Shown here one piece after another: positions 11,218-22,993 of a stretch of DNA of 64,000 nucleotides; positions within the stretch are counted from its first letter, which is position 1, and the number at the start of each line of letters is the position of its first letter. Location of the stretch: positions 992,001 through 1,056,000 of the forward strand of contig NW_025767000.1 of NCBI RefSeq assembly GCF_003918875.1. Direction: 5' to 3'. Below the pieces are notes generated by a model. It saw nothing but the letters and a program-made list of their open reading frames with translations. It did not search any database and was not told where the DNA came from. This DNA is from Haliotis rubra. Lineage: Eukaryota. The position numbers were made by a program, and so were the translations under genes.

Positions 11218-12494
11218 CCTTGTTATGAACAGTGAGTGTGTTTATTACAACGTCACTTTGAACAGAATGTCTAGATGCAAGGGCGTGTCAGCCTCATATG
11301 GGAGGAAAACCCCAAACTTCCCAGGTCGATCGCCAGTGCAATGAATATACTGTAATACATTTCCTGCCATAAACGTTCATTTTGTGAAAAAAACCCTGCT
11401 TTCTCCACTTGTATTTATTACTGTACATAGTCCTTACTGAAATTTCCCGATGTAAAATACATATATATTTGCAGATTTCTGTATACAGACACGACAACCC
11501 TGACTGCTGAGAATGTGACAGGTCTGTTGTATCTGGCCAAGAAATACGCCGTGGGGGGTCTAGAGCGTCTATGTGTGGCTTACCTGGAATCGTCCCTGAC
11601 GGCAGAGAACGCTTGTGTCATTCTGGAACAAGCCCACGTCTTTGATGAGGAAACACTGTTTGATAGGGCCTTGAAGGTCATTGTTCAGAATGGAGATGTT
11701 GCACTAGAGAGCTATAGCTTCAAAGATCTGTGTCAAACGTGTTTCCAAAACATTGTCAGTGCAGTTAGTGGAGAGGAGTATATTGTAAAACCGGAAAAAA
11801 TGTTTGGTTCTGCCATCTTGTGGGCTGAGGAAGAAATAAAGCGAAGGGAATTGGAAAGCACTCCAGAAAACAAGCGACAAGTTCTTGGGGAGTCAGTGTA
11901 TGAGCTTGGCTTCACATCAATGGGGATACAGGAATTTGCCAAAACGGTAGTTCAATCTGGAATATTATCAGGCGATGAATGTACAAAATTATTCTGTTTC
12001 TTATGTATATCTGGGACCGACGCAGCACCATTCAAAGTAAGTCCAGGACCTGCAGTCTCTTTGTATGGAAACAGGATCCGCACTGATCTCAGCGAGTTGG
12101 ATTCATACATCACCATCACGTGTAGCCATAACATGCGTTTGATCGGCCTTTGGGCATTTGGTAGCGACAACAGCAGGTATAACATAGTGCTGGATAGGAA
12201 ACAGGGAACTCCACGGCGTTGGATTGATCAGATGAGGATGTCAGCAAAGCCTGTGAGAACTGATGGGACAGAAGTGGAACTGGAACTGTCAGCACAGCCT
12301 ACTCTAGAGGCCAACGTTAATTACAGGTTCCGGACTCACATGAGCAATACTACAGGGGGATGGCTAGGTACTCAACTTAGGAAAGGCATCACTGTTGGCA
12401 AATGTCAGATATCCGTTTCACAGGCATACGAAGATGGCATCATCTCCAGACTCGTATTGCGGTTATGTGAGTTGGGTTAGCGTCATCACCAGTC

Positions 12495-12720
12495 TTTGAC
12501 GCGCCATAACGTTTAAACTGCTTTTAACGCTGATATATTGTAGGTTTGCTGGATAAAATTCAGACTTTGAAAATGAGGATCTGTGTGGGTACACATCAGC
12601 AGCCTTTGACACGCTATTTCGGTTAAAGTTCTTTTAACGCGGTGCGAGATATGTTGTAGCTTTGTTAGATACAGTTTAGATTTTGAAAATGGGAATGTGT
12701 GTGGATAAGATGTTTGACCT
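12495..12720. repeat. ~110-bp tandem duplication just 3' of the B1 stop (also present after B2 and B3)
   Basis: TTTGAC(G/A)CGC..TTTTAACGC..TTTGAAAATG occurs twice. Confidence 0.75.
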
Positions 12721-12765
12721 TGCTCATTAATTGTTTGATCGACATTCTTGAAGTTGGTGAGTCAA

Positions 12766-13152
12766 TAATGAAGCATACAACTTTATAGATAACAACTTCT
12801 TGTTCATTACATAGAGCACTATTAGCTTGATAATGGTGTAAGAGTGAGTGAGTGAGTTTAGGTTTACGCCGCACTCAGCAATATTCCAGCTATATCGGCG
12901 GTCTGTGAATAATCGAGTCTGGATCAGACAATCCAGTGATCAATAGCATGAGTATCCTTAAGCAATGGGAACCGATGACATGTGTCAACCAAGTCAGCGA
13001 GCCTAACGACCCGATCCTGTTAGTCGCCTCTTACGACACACATGGGTTACAGAAGATCAACTCTGTCCCGGATCTTCACGGGTAAAATGGTGTATGAATC
13101 TACATCGAAACGTCGCTCTAAGTAATAAACAAGAAGTTGTATGCTTCATTTT
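12766..13152 (+). mobile_element. Penelope-like pLTR fold-back remnant with a split hammerhead; family 2 SINE inserted at 12843-13084 (-)
   Basis: TTGATAA (12827) ..[SINE, TSD AATGGTGTA(A/T)GA].. ACATC GAAA CGTC (13102-13114), then AATAAACAAGAAGTTG; an inverted copy of this tail lies at 12766-12817. Confidence 0.7.
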
Positions 13153-14581
13153 GTACCTTGCTGATTGTTTGTCATCATGTCCAGAGAAGTGGACCAATGT
13201 CTGCCTAATCCAGTCTGAATTATTTATTGTTCGTGGTGATGCTGCTGAAATTAGTGCGGTTTGAAGTGTAACAAAACATTCTCTCTCATTCCGTTTTTGT
13301 GTTAAAGCTTCTTTTCGTATTGGTTCATACGGCTCACTGACTTGTTTGACACATTTCATCTTATCCCAGTTGCGTAGATCGATGCTCATGCTGTTGATCA
13401 CTAGATTGTCTGGTCCAGATTCGATTATTTCCACAACGCCTCCAGATAGCTGGAAGATTGCTGAATGCGGCGTTTAACAAAAAAAACCCCAACAAAACAG
13501 TTTACATGACATGAGTAAGTATGCGTGATTCAGAGGCTCACTTAGAAAGATTTATCATAAAGACACATGAATTATTGGTTATCCATATCCATCTTGGTAT
13601 ACCTTTGCTGGCGATGTTGGAGGGATTTTATTCCAGTTTCCCAGAAGTACTTCTCATGATTACCCGAAAGGTTCTCAAAAGTTGCTTGGGGCCCAGTGGA
13701 TTCCCCACATGGGTATAATCGGTGAAGCCCATTTCTGGTGTCCCCCGCCGTGATGTTGCGGGAATACTGCTAAAAGCGTTTCCATTTCAGATTTTAATAG
13801 AGGTCTTGTGCTCTTTTACAAACACTCCCATCAACCTCACATGGTATCTACGTTTTGCCCTTTTTTCTTCAGTCATGGGCCCTTATCTTAACATCGGCTT
13901 AAGTGATACACCCAAAACCGCCCGCATAGATATTTATCGTTGTGTAGTTACAGAACAATATATTCCAGTATATATATTATTTCACATCCATACTTCAGCC
14001 CATTCCTCATTAAACCCTTTTACATTTTCAAGGACTGGCCTTCTCTATTATATGTTATACCTATTTAAATTATAGAATCATATATTTTACCTATTGTATA
14101 AATTATATAATAATTTCTACCGTACTTGACGCCGCCAGTATCCATCTGATGAAGAAGCAACAAAGGTTGTAACAAAGAATAAAAGAAGTTGTTATTCACA
14201 AACACTGTCTTGTAGTCATATGTCTCCAACTTCTAAACGCCTATCCAGGCAGATTGTATTTGCAGACCTCATATTAATATGCTGTGGCTTGCCGGCACAT
14301 GACTCTTGAGAAGTGTTGTCCCTTTTGGAATATTGCCCAACAAAAGTACAAGTATGCTGTGTTTCTTTTTTTTTCATATCGGAATGCAATGCCACAACAT
14401 TTAAGATTATAAGCAGCAAAGGTGTTTATATGTTTTCTTATGTCACACTGCTCTGATGAGATAGGATCACGCGAGGAGTTCCGTCTCTATCGTTGAAAGC
14501 TATCGTACCATACGCCTTAGGTTTGCGGCTTGTGGGTCATGCCAGTGGGTTTGAAGCATATGCCTATAACGTATAGGGTTT

Positions 14582-14738
14582 TGGGGTGGCCTTGTGGTTA
14601 AAGCGTTCGCTCGTCATGCCGAAGATCCATGTTCAATTCCCTACATGAGTACAATGTGTGAAGCCCATTTCTGGTGTCCCCCGCCGTGATATTGCTGGAA
14701 TATTGCTAAAAGCGGCGTAAAACTAAACTCACTCACTC
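14582..14738 (+). mobile_element. tRNA-derived SINE, family 1
   Basis: A/B-box-like head and ACTC tail. Confidence 0.8.
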
Positions 14739-14829
14739 AATCTATATCTGTATGTATGTCTTTCTATCTATCTATCTATGGCAAAACTTATATAAGCTAT
14801 ATGTATCCAGAATAAACTGCTCTGACGGG

Positions 14830-15520
14830 AAGTTGTATGCTTCACAGAAGTAATGAGTCCTTAGCTGTGATTTGAATGAATCCAGATCGTGATTTGATCT
14901 CAGATGTTGTGGGGGGTTCGTTCCACAAGTTTGGTCCGGCAATTTGGAAACAACGGCTGGTGATGCAACTAGGTTTTAGTGCAGGTGGCTGAAGGCGAAA
15001 CTGGTGAGAGGATGGAAGAGATCTGACAGGTTGATATCTGGTTATTATGCTGGAGAGATACTGAGGTCCTCGATTGTGAAGACACTTGAAGGCAAGTAGG
15101 ACAGCTTTGTATTTGATCCACTGTGGCACTGGTAGCCAGTGTAGATGTTGGAGAACTGGTGTGATTTGATCATGTTTCATGATCAATGGTGTCAAATACA
15201 GCTGACAAGTCCAAAAGTTTAAGAACAACTGCTCCGGTCTAACCCACTGTTTCAAGGATGCCACTAACACTTTGACAGGGCGGTTTCAGTACTGTGATAT
15301 TCATGGTATGCTGACTACAGTGGTTCAAGATGGTAAGGTGTTCTCTCAGTCTTGCAGCAACCACACGCTCAAGGACTTTGGAAATAAAAGACAAATTAGA
15401 GACTTGGTGATGGTTTGATAAAGTGTCCTGATCAAGGCTTGGTTTCTTAAGGAGAGGTGCAATGATGGCTACTTTGAGAGACACAGGAACACCCACCTCA
15501 CTGAACAATACGTTAACTGT
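14830..15520 (-). mobile_element. L2/CR1-group LINE remnants (RT N-terminal part and ORF2 C-terminus)
   Basis: PLLKKPSLD..VSNLSFISKVLERVV and HDQITPVLQHLHWLPV, with frameshifts and deletions. Confidence 0.85.
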
Positions 15521-15879
15521 GTGATTACAATGTTTGTACGGTGGCTGAGTAGGGTTATCGCTTTCTCGCCTTAAAATTCGGAGACGAGAAAGCGATAACA
15601 CGAGACGAGAAAGCGATAGCCCATGAATGGCGTTGTATGACTTGACGTTTTGAGAATATCTAATACAGATGTAGACTTTCCTTTGTCATGCAATTTGCGC
15701 GTATGTAGTAGTCATATCGTGAAATAACGGAAACCTTCATTTTGTGATGTGACTAAGGGAATTACATATTTCGTGATATGACTGGATTCGAATTGTCTTA
15801 ACCAACTTAATCACACCAACCAATTGAATTATTTCTTTGATGGGCATTTTAGAAGTTAGGTTGATGAAGAATAATGACA

Positions 15880-16378
15880 ATTATTATGGATATACAAATT
15901 CTTGTATTCTGTGGAGGCGACGTTTCGACATAGATTTTAATGTCGTTGTCAAGCAAGTGATACATGAGTAACAAATTGAGAGAAAATATACATTAGTTGT
16001 TATTACAGTAGATAGGGAATGAGTTGTTTATACAATAAATGAGGTGAGATTGAGTAAGTTGATTGGATGCCAGAAGGGTGATACACAAGGACTGAATTAG
16101 AACTTATAAAACTGATAGGAAGCCAGGTGGATGTATATACGATGGATGGGGTTGATGTACATAGTTGAATTGAAAAATATAATGTACACAAGAAATATTA
16201 TTGATTACTTTATCAAGTGATGGTAGGCATTGGGAATGTAGTATCCTTCATCTCTGTTGAGGGCGGATCCTATCTTCTTGACGTGTACTGCTTCCAAAAG
16301 TTTACGAATTTTGTAGTCTGACTGGTTCTTTTCTATGGTTTTATTTGAATTATGATATTGTGTGACAAATGTGTATTG
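15880..16378 (-). mobile_element. Penelope-like element 3' end: GIY-YIG C-terminus plus pLTR
   Basis: YKIRKLLEAVHVKKIGSALNRDEG matches the PLE endonuclease tail; a hammerhead-like motif lies in the downstream pLTR. Confidence 0.8.
15916..15955 (-). ncRNA. Minimal type I hammerhead ribozyme, U3-A8 core variant
   Basis: GC-UUGACAA-C-GACAU-(8 nt)-AUGUC-GAAA-C-GUC-GC. Confidence 0.65.
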
Positions 16379-19300
16379 ATGGAATATAAACATCTCTCAG
16401 TATTCCTTGATGGGATATAAACATCTCGCAGTATTCCTTGATGGGATATAAACAACTCTCAGTATTCCTTGATGGGTTATAAACATCTCTCAGTATTCCT
16501 TGATGGGATATAAACATCTCTCAGTATTCCTTGATGGGATATAAACATCTCTCAGTATTCCTTGATGGGATATAAACATCTCTCAGTATTCCTTGATGGG
16601 ATATAAACACCACTGAGTATTCCTTGATAGGATAAAACATCTCTCAGCATTCCTTGATGGGATATAAACATCTCTCGGTATTCCTTGATGGGATATAAAC
16701 ATCTCTCAGTATTCCTTGATAGGATAAAACATCTCTCAGCATTCCTTGATGGGATACAAACATCTCTCAGTATTCCGTGATGGGATATAGATATCTTTCA
16801 GTATTCCGTGATGGAAAATAAACATCTCTCAGTATTCCGTGATGGGATATAAACATCTCTCAGTATTCCTTGATGGGATATAAACATCTCTCAGTATTCC
16901 TTGATGGGATATAAACATTTCTCAGTATTCCTTGATAGGATATAAACATCTCTCAGTATTCCTTGATGGGATATAAACAACTCTCAGTATTCCTTGATGG
17001 GTTATAAACATCTCTCAGTATTCCTTGATGGGATATAAACATCTCTCAGTATTCCTTGGTGGGATATAAACATCTCTCAGTATTCCTTGATGGGATATAA
17101 ACATCTCTCAGTATTCCTTGATGGGATATAAACATCTCTCAGTATTCCTTGATGGGATATAAACATCTCTCAGTATTCCTTGATGGGATATAAACATCTC
17201 TCAGTATTCCTTGATGGGATATAAACATCTCTCAGTATTCCTTGATGGGATATAAACATTTCTCAGTATTCCGTGACGGGATATAAACATTTCTCAGTAT
17301 TCCTTGATGGGATATAGATATCTCTCAGTATTCCGGGTCGGAATATAGATATCTTTCAGTATTCCGTGATGGAAAATAAACATCTCTCAGTAGTCCGTGA
17401 TGGAATATAAACATCTCTCGGTATTCCTTGATGAGATATAAATGTTTTATGCTATCAAGGAATACTGAGAGATGTTTATATCCCATCAAGGAATACCGAG
17501 AGATGTTTATATCCCATCCAGGAATGCTGAGAGATGTTTTTTTCCTATCAAGGAATACTCAGTGGTGTTTATATCCCATCAAGGAATACTGAGAGATGTT
17601 TATATCCCATCAAGGACTACTGAGAGATGTTTATATCCCATCAAGGAATACTGAGAGATGTTTATAACCCATCAAGGAATACTGAGAGTTGTTTATATCC
17701 CATCAAGGAATACTGCGAGATGTTTATATCCCATTAAGGAATACTGAGAGATGTTTATATTCCATCAATACACATTTGTCACACAATATCATAATTCAAA
17801 TAAAACCATAGAAAAGAACCAGTCAGACTACAAAATTCGTAAACTTTTGGAAGCAGTACACGTCAAGAAGATAGGATCCGCCCTCAACAGAGATGAAGGA
17901 TACTACATTCCCAATTTTAGAAAATGATTTTTTTATTTTGAATAAAACACTCCATACATAATATTAGCATAATATACACTGTAAAGTAGTCAGACATGTA
18001 AGACTGTTTGACCTGTTTGATATTCTGTGACTATACTAAACGAACTAAAACCACCAGTGAATAGTTCAGTTTATGTCTGTTTAGCGTCCTTCCTTCAAAT
18101 ATGTTAGAACTTATTTAGAAGAAGGGTTCTCTTTGAATACCCACCAAGTTATTATATCCCAATACTAAGAAATGGGTTATATCCCATCACGTAATGCTAA
18201 AAGATATATTATCCCATCACGGAATACTGGGAGATATTCATATCCCATCTCGGAATACTGAAACATATACATGTAGATATGAATATATATCTCATTACTG
18301 AGATATAACTGAGAGACTTCTTTATCCCATCACGGAATATAGATATCTCTCAGTATTCCGTGATGGAAAATAAACATCTCTCAGTATTCCGTGATGGAAA
18401 ATAAACATCTCTCAGTATTCCGTGATGGAAAATAAACATCTCTCAGTATTCCTTGATGGGATATAAACATTTCTCAGTATTCCGTGACGGGATATAGATA
18501 TCTCTCAATATTCCGTGACGGGATATAGATATCTTTCAGTATTCCTTGATGGAAAATAAACATCTCTCAGTAGTCCGTGATGGGATATATACATCTTTTA
18601 GTGTTCCGTGATGGGATATAGAGTCTCTCAGTTATATCTCAGTAATGAGATGTATATTCATATCTACATGTATATGTTTCAGTATACCGAGATGGGATAT
18701 AAACATCTCTCAGTATTCCTTGATGGGATAAAAACATCTCTCTGTATTCCTTGATGGGATATAAACATCTCTCAGTATTCCTTGATGGGATATAAACATT
18801 TCTCAGTATTCCGTGACGGGATATAGATATCTCTCAATATTCCGTGATGGGATATAGATATCTCTCAGTATTCCGTGATGGAAAATAAACATCTCTCAGT
18901 ATTCCGTGATGGAAAATAAACATCTCTCAGTATTCCTTGATGGGATATAAACATTTCTCAGTATTCCGTGATGGGATATAGATATCTCTCAATATTCCGT
19001 GATGGGATATAGACATCTTTCAGTATTCCTTGATGGATAAATAAACATCTCTCAGTAGTCCGTCTCAGTATATATACATCTTTTAGTGTTCCGTGATGGG
19101 ATATAGAAGTCTCTCAGTTATATCTCAGTAATGAGATGTATATTCATATCTACATGTATATGTTTCAGTATACCGAGATGGGATATAAACATCTCTCAGT
19201 ATTCCTTGATGGGATAAAAACATCTCTCTGTATTCCTTGATGGGATATAAACATCTCTCAGTATTCCTTGATGGGATATAAACATTTCTCAGTATTCCGT

Positions 19301-19705
19301 GACGGGATATAGATATCTCTCAATATTCCGTGACGGGATATAGATATCTCTCAGTATTCCGTGATGGAAAATAAACATCTCTCAGTATTCCGTGATGGGA
19401 AATAAACATCTCTCAGTATTCCTTGATGGGATATAAACATTTCTCAGTATTCCGTGACGGGATATAGATATCTCTCAATATTCCGTGACGGGATATAGAT
19501 ATCTTTCAGTATTCCGTGATGGAAAATAAACATCTCTCAGTAGTCCGTGATGGGATATATACATCTTTTAGTGTTCCGTGATGGGATATAGAAGTCTCTC
19601 AGTTATATCTCAGTAATGAGATGTATATTCATATCTACATGTATATGTTTCAGTATTCCGAGATGGGATATGAATATCTCCTAGTATTCCGTGATGGGAT
19701 ATAAC
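16376..19705. repeat. 31-bp minisatellite (GGGATATAAACATCTCTCAGTATTCCTTGAT) with orientation switches and a ~485-bp higher-order repeat
   Basis: Forward 16376-17440, reverse 17442-17765 and ~18170-18337, forward 18337-19705. A marker segment recurs at 18631, 19117 and 19602. Confidence 0.95.
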
Positions 19706-20265
19706 CCATTTCTTAGTATTGGGATATAATAACTTGGTGGGTATTCAAAGAGAACCCTTCTTCTAAATAAGTTCTAACATATTTGAAGGAAGGACGCTAA
19801 ACAGACATAAACTGAACTATTCACTGGTGGTTTTAGTTCGTTTAGTATAGTCACAGAATATCAAACAGGTCAAACAGTCTTACATGTCTGACTACTTTAC
19901 AGTGTATATTATGCTAATATTATGTATGGAGTGTTTTATTCAAAATAAAAAAAATCATTTTCTAAACTCACGCATTTATTAAACAAACCAGACTTATTTC
20001 CGCCCAACCAGCAGATCAGCGGCAAAATATGTCGTGTGAAGTAATTCTTTACGAACTACACCATGTTATGTGGCAGGCTTATCTAGCTGATTGCTATAAT
20101 TATTTGTAAGTTGGTGTATTGTGCATTTGAAAGTTAAACCTCCTCCACCACCACCATCCACCTTAAAACCCAAACCACAACAATATACAACTCTCCCCCT
20201 CCTTAAAACCACAACAACCATACAACACACACACACACGAAACAAAATAGGAAACAATAATAATA

Positions 20266-20640
20266 ATGATAATTTGTATCATTGAATTTTCTGTCCTTAT
20301 TGACAGCAATGTGATTGGCAAGATTCAGGAAAGGCACGTTAAATATGTGAATCTCGCCTTTGAAATGTCTCGCTTGTATCCCAAGTACACTGTCAGAAAG
20401 CTGCAGTGTTGGGGAGTCTACATATACTCCGAAAAGTTCTTGGTTGGTTCAACTATGCAGCGTTTCTTGGGAGAAGTCTCATTCGCTGTCTGGGCTGCTT
20501 GTTGACGGGGCAAGGGCCCTGAGCTGATGATGAGCCTTACCAGCCTGATTATGCCAGGAACACCCGAATCGTCGAGTCATTTTCATCTCAATCTGTAGAA
20601 CATATTAATAAAAGATAAATAAAATAAAAATACACAAAAA
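20266..20640 (+). mobile_element. 3' remnant of an RLE-endonuclease (R4/NeSL-like) non-LTR retrotransposon
   Basis: CIIEFSVLIDSNV..ERHVKYVNLAFEMSRL resembles the RLE IE.SVP.D..K..KY..L motif; an A-rich tail follows. Confidence 0.55.
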
Positions 20641-20769
20641 TACAAAAGCAGAATTACCTAAAGAAACAAAATTGAATTTAAAAGAAGGGATTGAACAGGA
20701 AAATAACGTCATGCCTTTGAGCACTCGCAGTTTCGTACGAAAACCATCTATCGTTATACAGCGCTGTGT

Positions 20770-20828
20770 TGTCACGTGACACGCTCACATTCAGTGGCGA
20801 GACATCCAACCAGCCGTGTGAGGTGAGT
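20770..20828 (+). promoter_or_regulatory. Putative promoter and non-coding first exon of A2
   Basis: Palindrome TGTCACGTGACA at 20770-20781, donor GAG/GTGAGT at 20822/20823, in a locally CpG-rich patch. Confidence 0.5.
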
Positions 20829-22490
20829 AGGACGGGTCGACTACGGTGGATGTTTACTTTGTCGTAAAATCATAACCATATGACACAGATTGGTGCAAAC
20901 ACGAAAGCAGCCTGATTCCATGTCATGTTTGTGTAACACATGCGACTGTGACGATTAGTTGTTTTAAGTTAAAAACATATCTTTGGGACACATTTGAAAT
21001 ACCGTACTTTCGGTTTCGATATGGGCAAGGCGATTCCAATAATTCTACTTTCATTCCTGATAGAGGAAAATGGCAGGGACTATTTGTTCATTTCGGTTAC
21101 CTAGACCGATGTAAGTCTAAATGTACAGTTATTTTATCCTCTTTTTTCTCTGTGAGACGCGGAAGTAGACTGTATAAAAGGGAGATAACTGGCATACTTT
21201 GTGACAAATATGAGGATTTTATACACATTAAAACTTAAACAAATAACGTTTTCGGATTATGTTTGTCATAATCAGATATAAATTTTCACTAAAAGTAATA
21301 TGCCATCTTGTTATGGTTTATGTGAAGGTGGCACATTAATTTGAAATGTCTGTTTGTTTATTCTCTGTATCGCGATTACTTCTTAATAGGAAGCCTCAGC
21401 TACAACCTCTATGTTTTATGTTTTGACATGTCGTTTGTAAGTTACGGTTAAGACTATGGGATGGTTTCGATAAGTGAAAGAATATGTAACATTGTGTCAC
21501 GGTTTGCCAAGAAATATACACTCCAGTGTAACAAGTCGATACTATTCATTCTCTGGTAGTCAACCAGGTCCACATGTATAAATCACCTGAATAAAAGTCA
21601 TGTTTGTTCCCGCCATGGTGACACCTGAACTTTCTCCAGTTAAATGCGATTTCCAATATGGAATTTACAAGAAGTCTCCTTTCTTATCTTATATGGGGAA
21701 ATTGCAGAGACTGATTACGCCATTACGATAACCTTGACCTGTGTTAGTCTGTATGCGAAGCAAGTTGGTCTATCTTTATTTAGGTATGCCGGTTAGAATT
21801 GATCTTCAGCAATCCATGCTTGTCGCAAGAGGCGAGTAACGAGATTGGGTGGTCAGGGTCGCTGATTTGGTTGACACATGTCATCGTACCCCAAATGCGT
21901 AGAACAATGCTCATGATGTTGACCTCTGGATTGTCTGGTCCAGACTCGAGTATTTACAGACCGCCGAAATATAGCTGGAATATCACTGAGTGCGGCGTTA
22001 AACAACAACCAACCAACCAACCAACCAAATCTTATTTAAGTTCACACGAACCATGAACTCAAGGTGAAGGACACATCTTGGCAATTACCGGATTGTTCTG
22101 TACCATGGAGTGAGATATTTTATATACGACTGTTCAGCTATATCAGCCCCCACAACTGTGTTGTTTTGAAACAGATATAATCAAACTAATGTGGTTAGCC
22201 ATGTATGGTGCTGAAGGAAAATATGTTCTTTCGAAATAAAGTAAAGGGAAAAGTAGTCTGTCTCACAGTCACCGAACCGCATTGTTGTCCCTTCTGCCTA
22301 GCCCTTTTTAGGTTCTGAATCTCCCATCTCACTGAGGCTACTTTTCAGTTTAAAAGGAATGGTTTGTTTCTATCAAAATTATATACATTCAGAGACTAGT
22401 CTAAGGGAAAATTGAAAACACGTGTGTTATTCAATTTGTATTTGTATTAGGGTACACTTCTGAAATTGGATCCAGTCTCTCTTTTGCCGT

Positions 22491-22654
22491 GGGGCGATGG
22501 GGCAACATGGTGATTAAAGCGTTCGCTCGTCACGCCGAAGACCCGGGTTCGATTCTCCACATGGGTACAATATGTGAAGCCCATTTCTGGTGTCCCCCGA
22601 CGTGATATTGCTGGAATATTGCTAAAATCGGCGTAAGACTAAACTCACTCACTC
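22491..22654 (+). mobile_element. tRNA-derived SINE, family 1, full length
   Basis: GGGTTCGATTC B-box and ACTC tail; its 3' half is shared with 3346-3447. Confidence 0.85.
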
Positions 22655-22993
22655 TTGTCGTACTTAGGAGGCCCATGTAATATACGTACTTGGTGTGAAG
22701 CATCAACAAAACAGTCTTAGTCTTGGGAAAAGTGGAAATATTCACCCCATTTCCAAGAATTTTACATGAACTTGGGAACATGAACCACTCATTTACTTTG
22801 GACATGGGGTGTTTTTTGTAGCATAATAGAATTGTTAGCTATGTGAAACACGCACTCAACTGGCAAATGCGGTCTTTAGGGCTTAAATTCTGTTGAATAA
22901 TTCTGAGTTTATATTCGAGAAGGACACACTGTTTTGATTCCGATAAAATTCTGCATTTTAGAATCGCCCCAACAGACAGCATTCAGGAACAGT

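Larger units (their letters stand above)
10117..12480 (+). pseudogene. BTB-BACK-(PHR-like) copy B1; exons 10117-10394 and 11475-12480; in-frame TGA at codon 51 (10267-10269)
   Basis: MASIEVREDNSVFDDNWQ..ERIV*AHRYVL; the TGA replaces the CGA (Arg) of the A copies. Splice sites and exon 2 are intact. Confidence 0.8.

Noticed and set aside
16376-19705. 31-bp repeats as a CRISPR array
   Set aside because: Units are head-to-tail with no unique spacers, there are no cas genes, and the context is eukaryotic.
22491-22565. tRNA genes at SINE heads
   Set aside because: The A/B boxes run into SINE bodies and tails, and no complete cloverleaf is supported.
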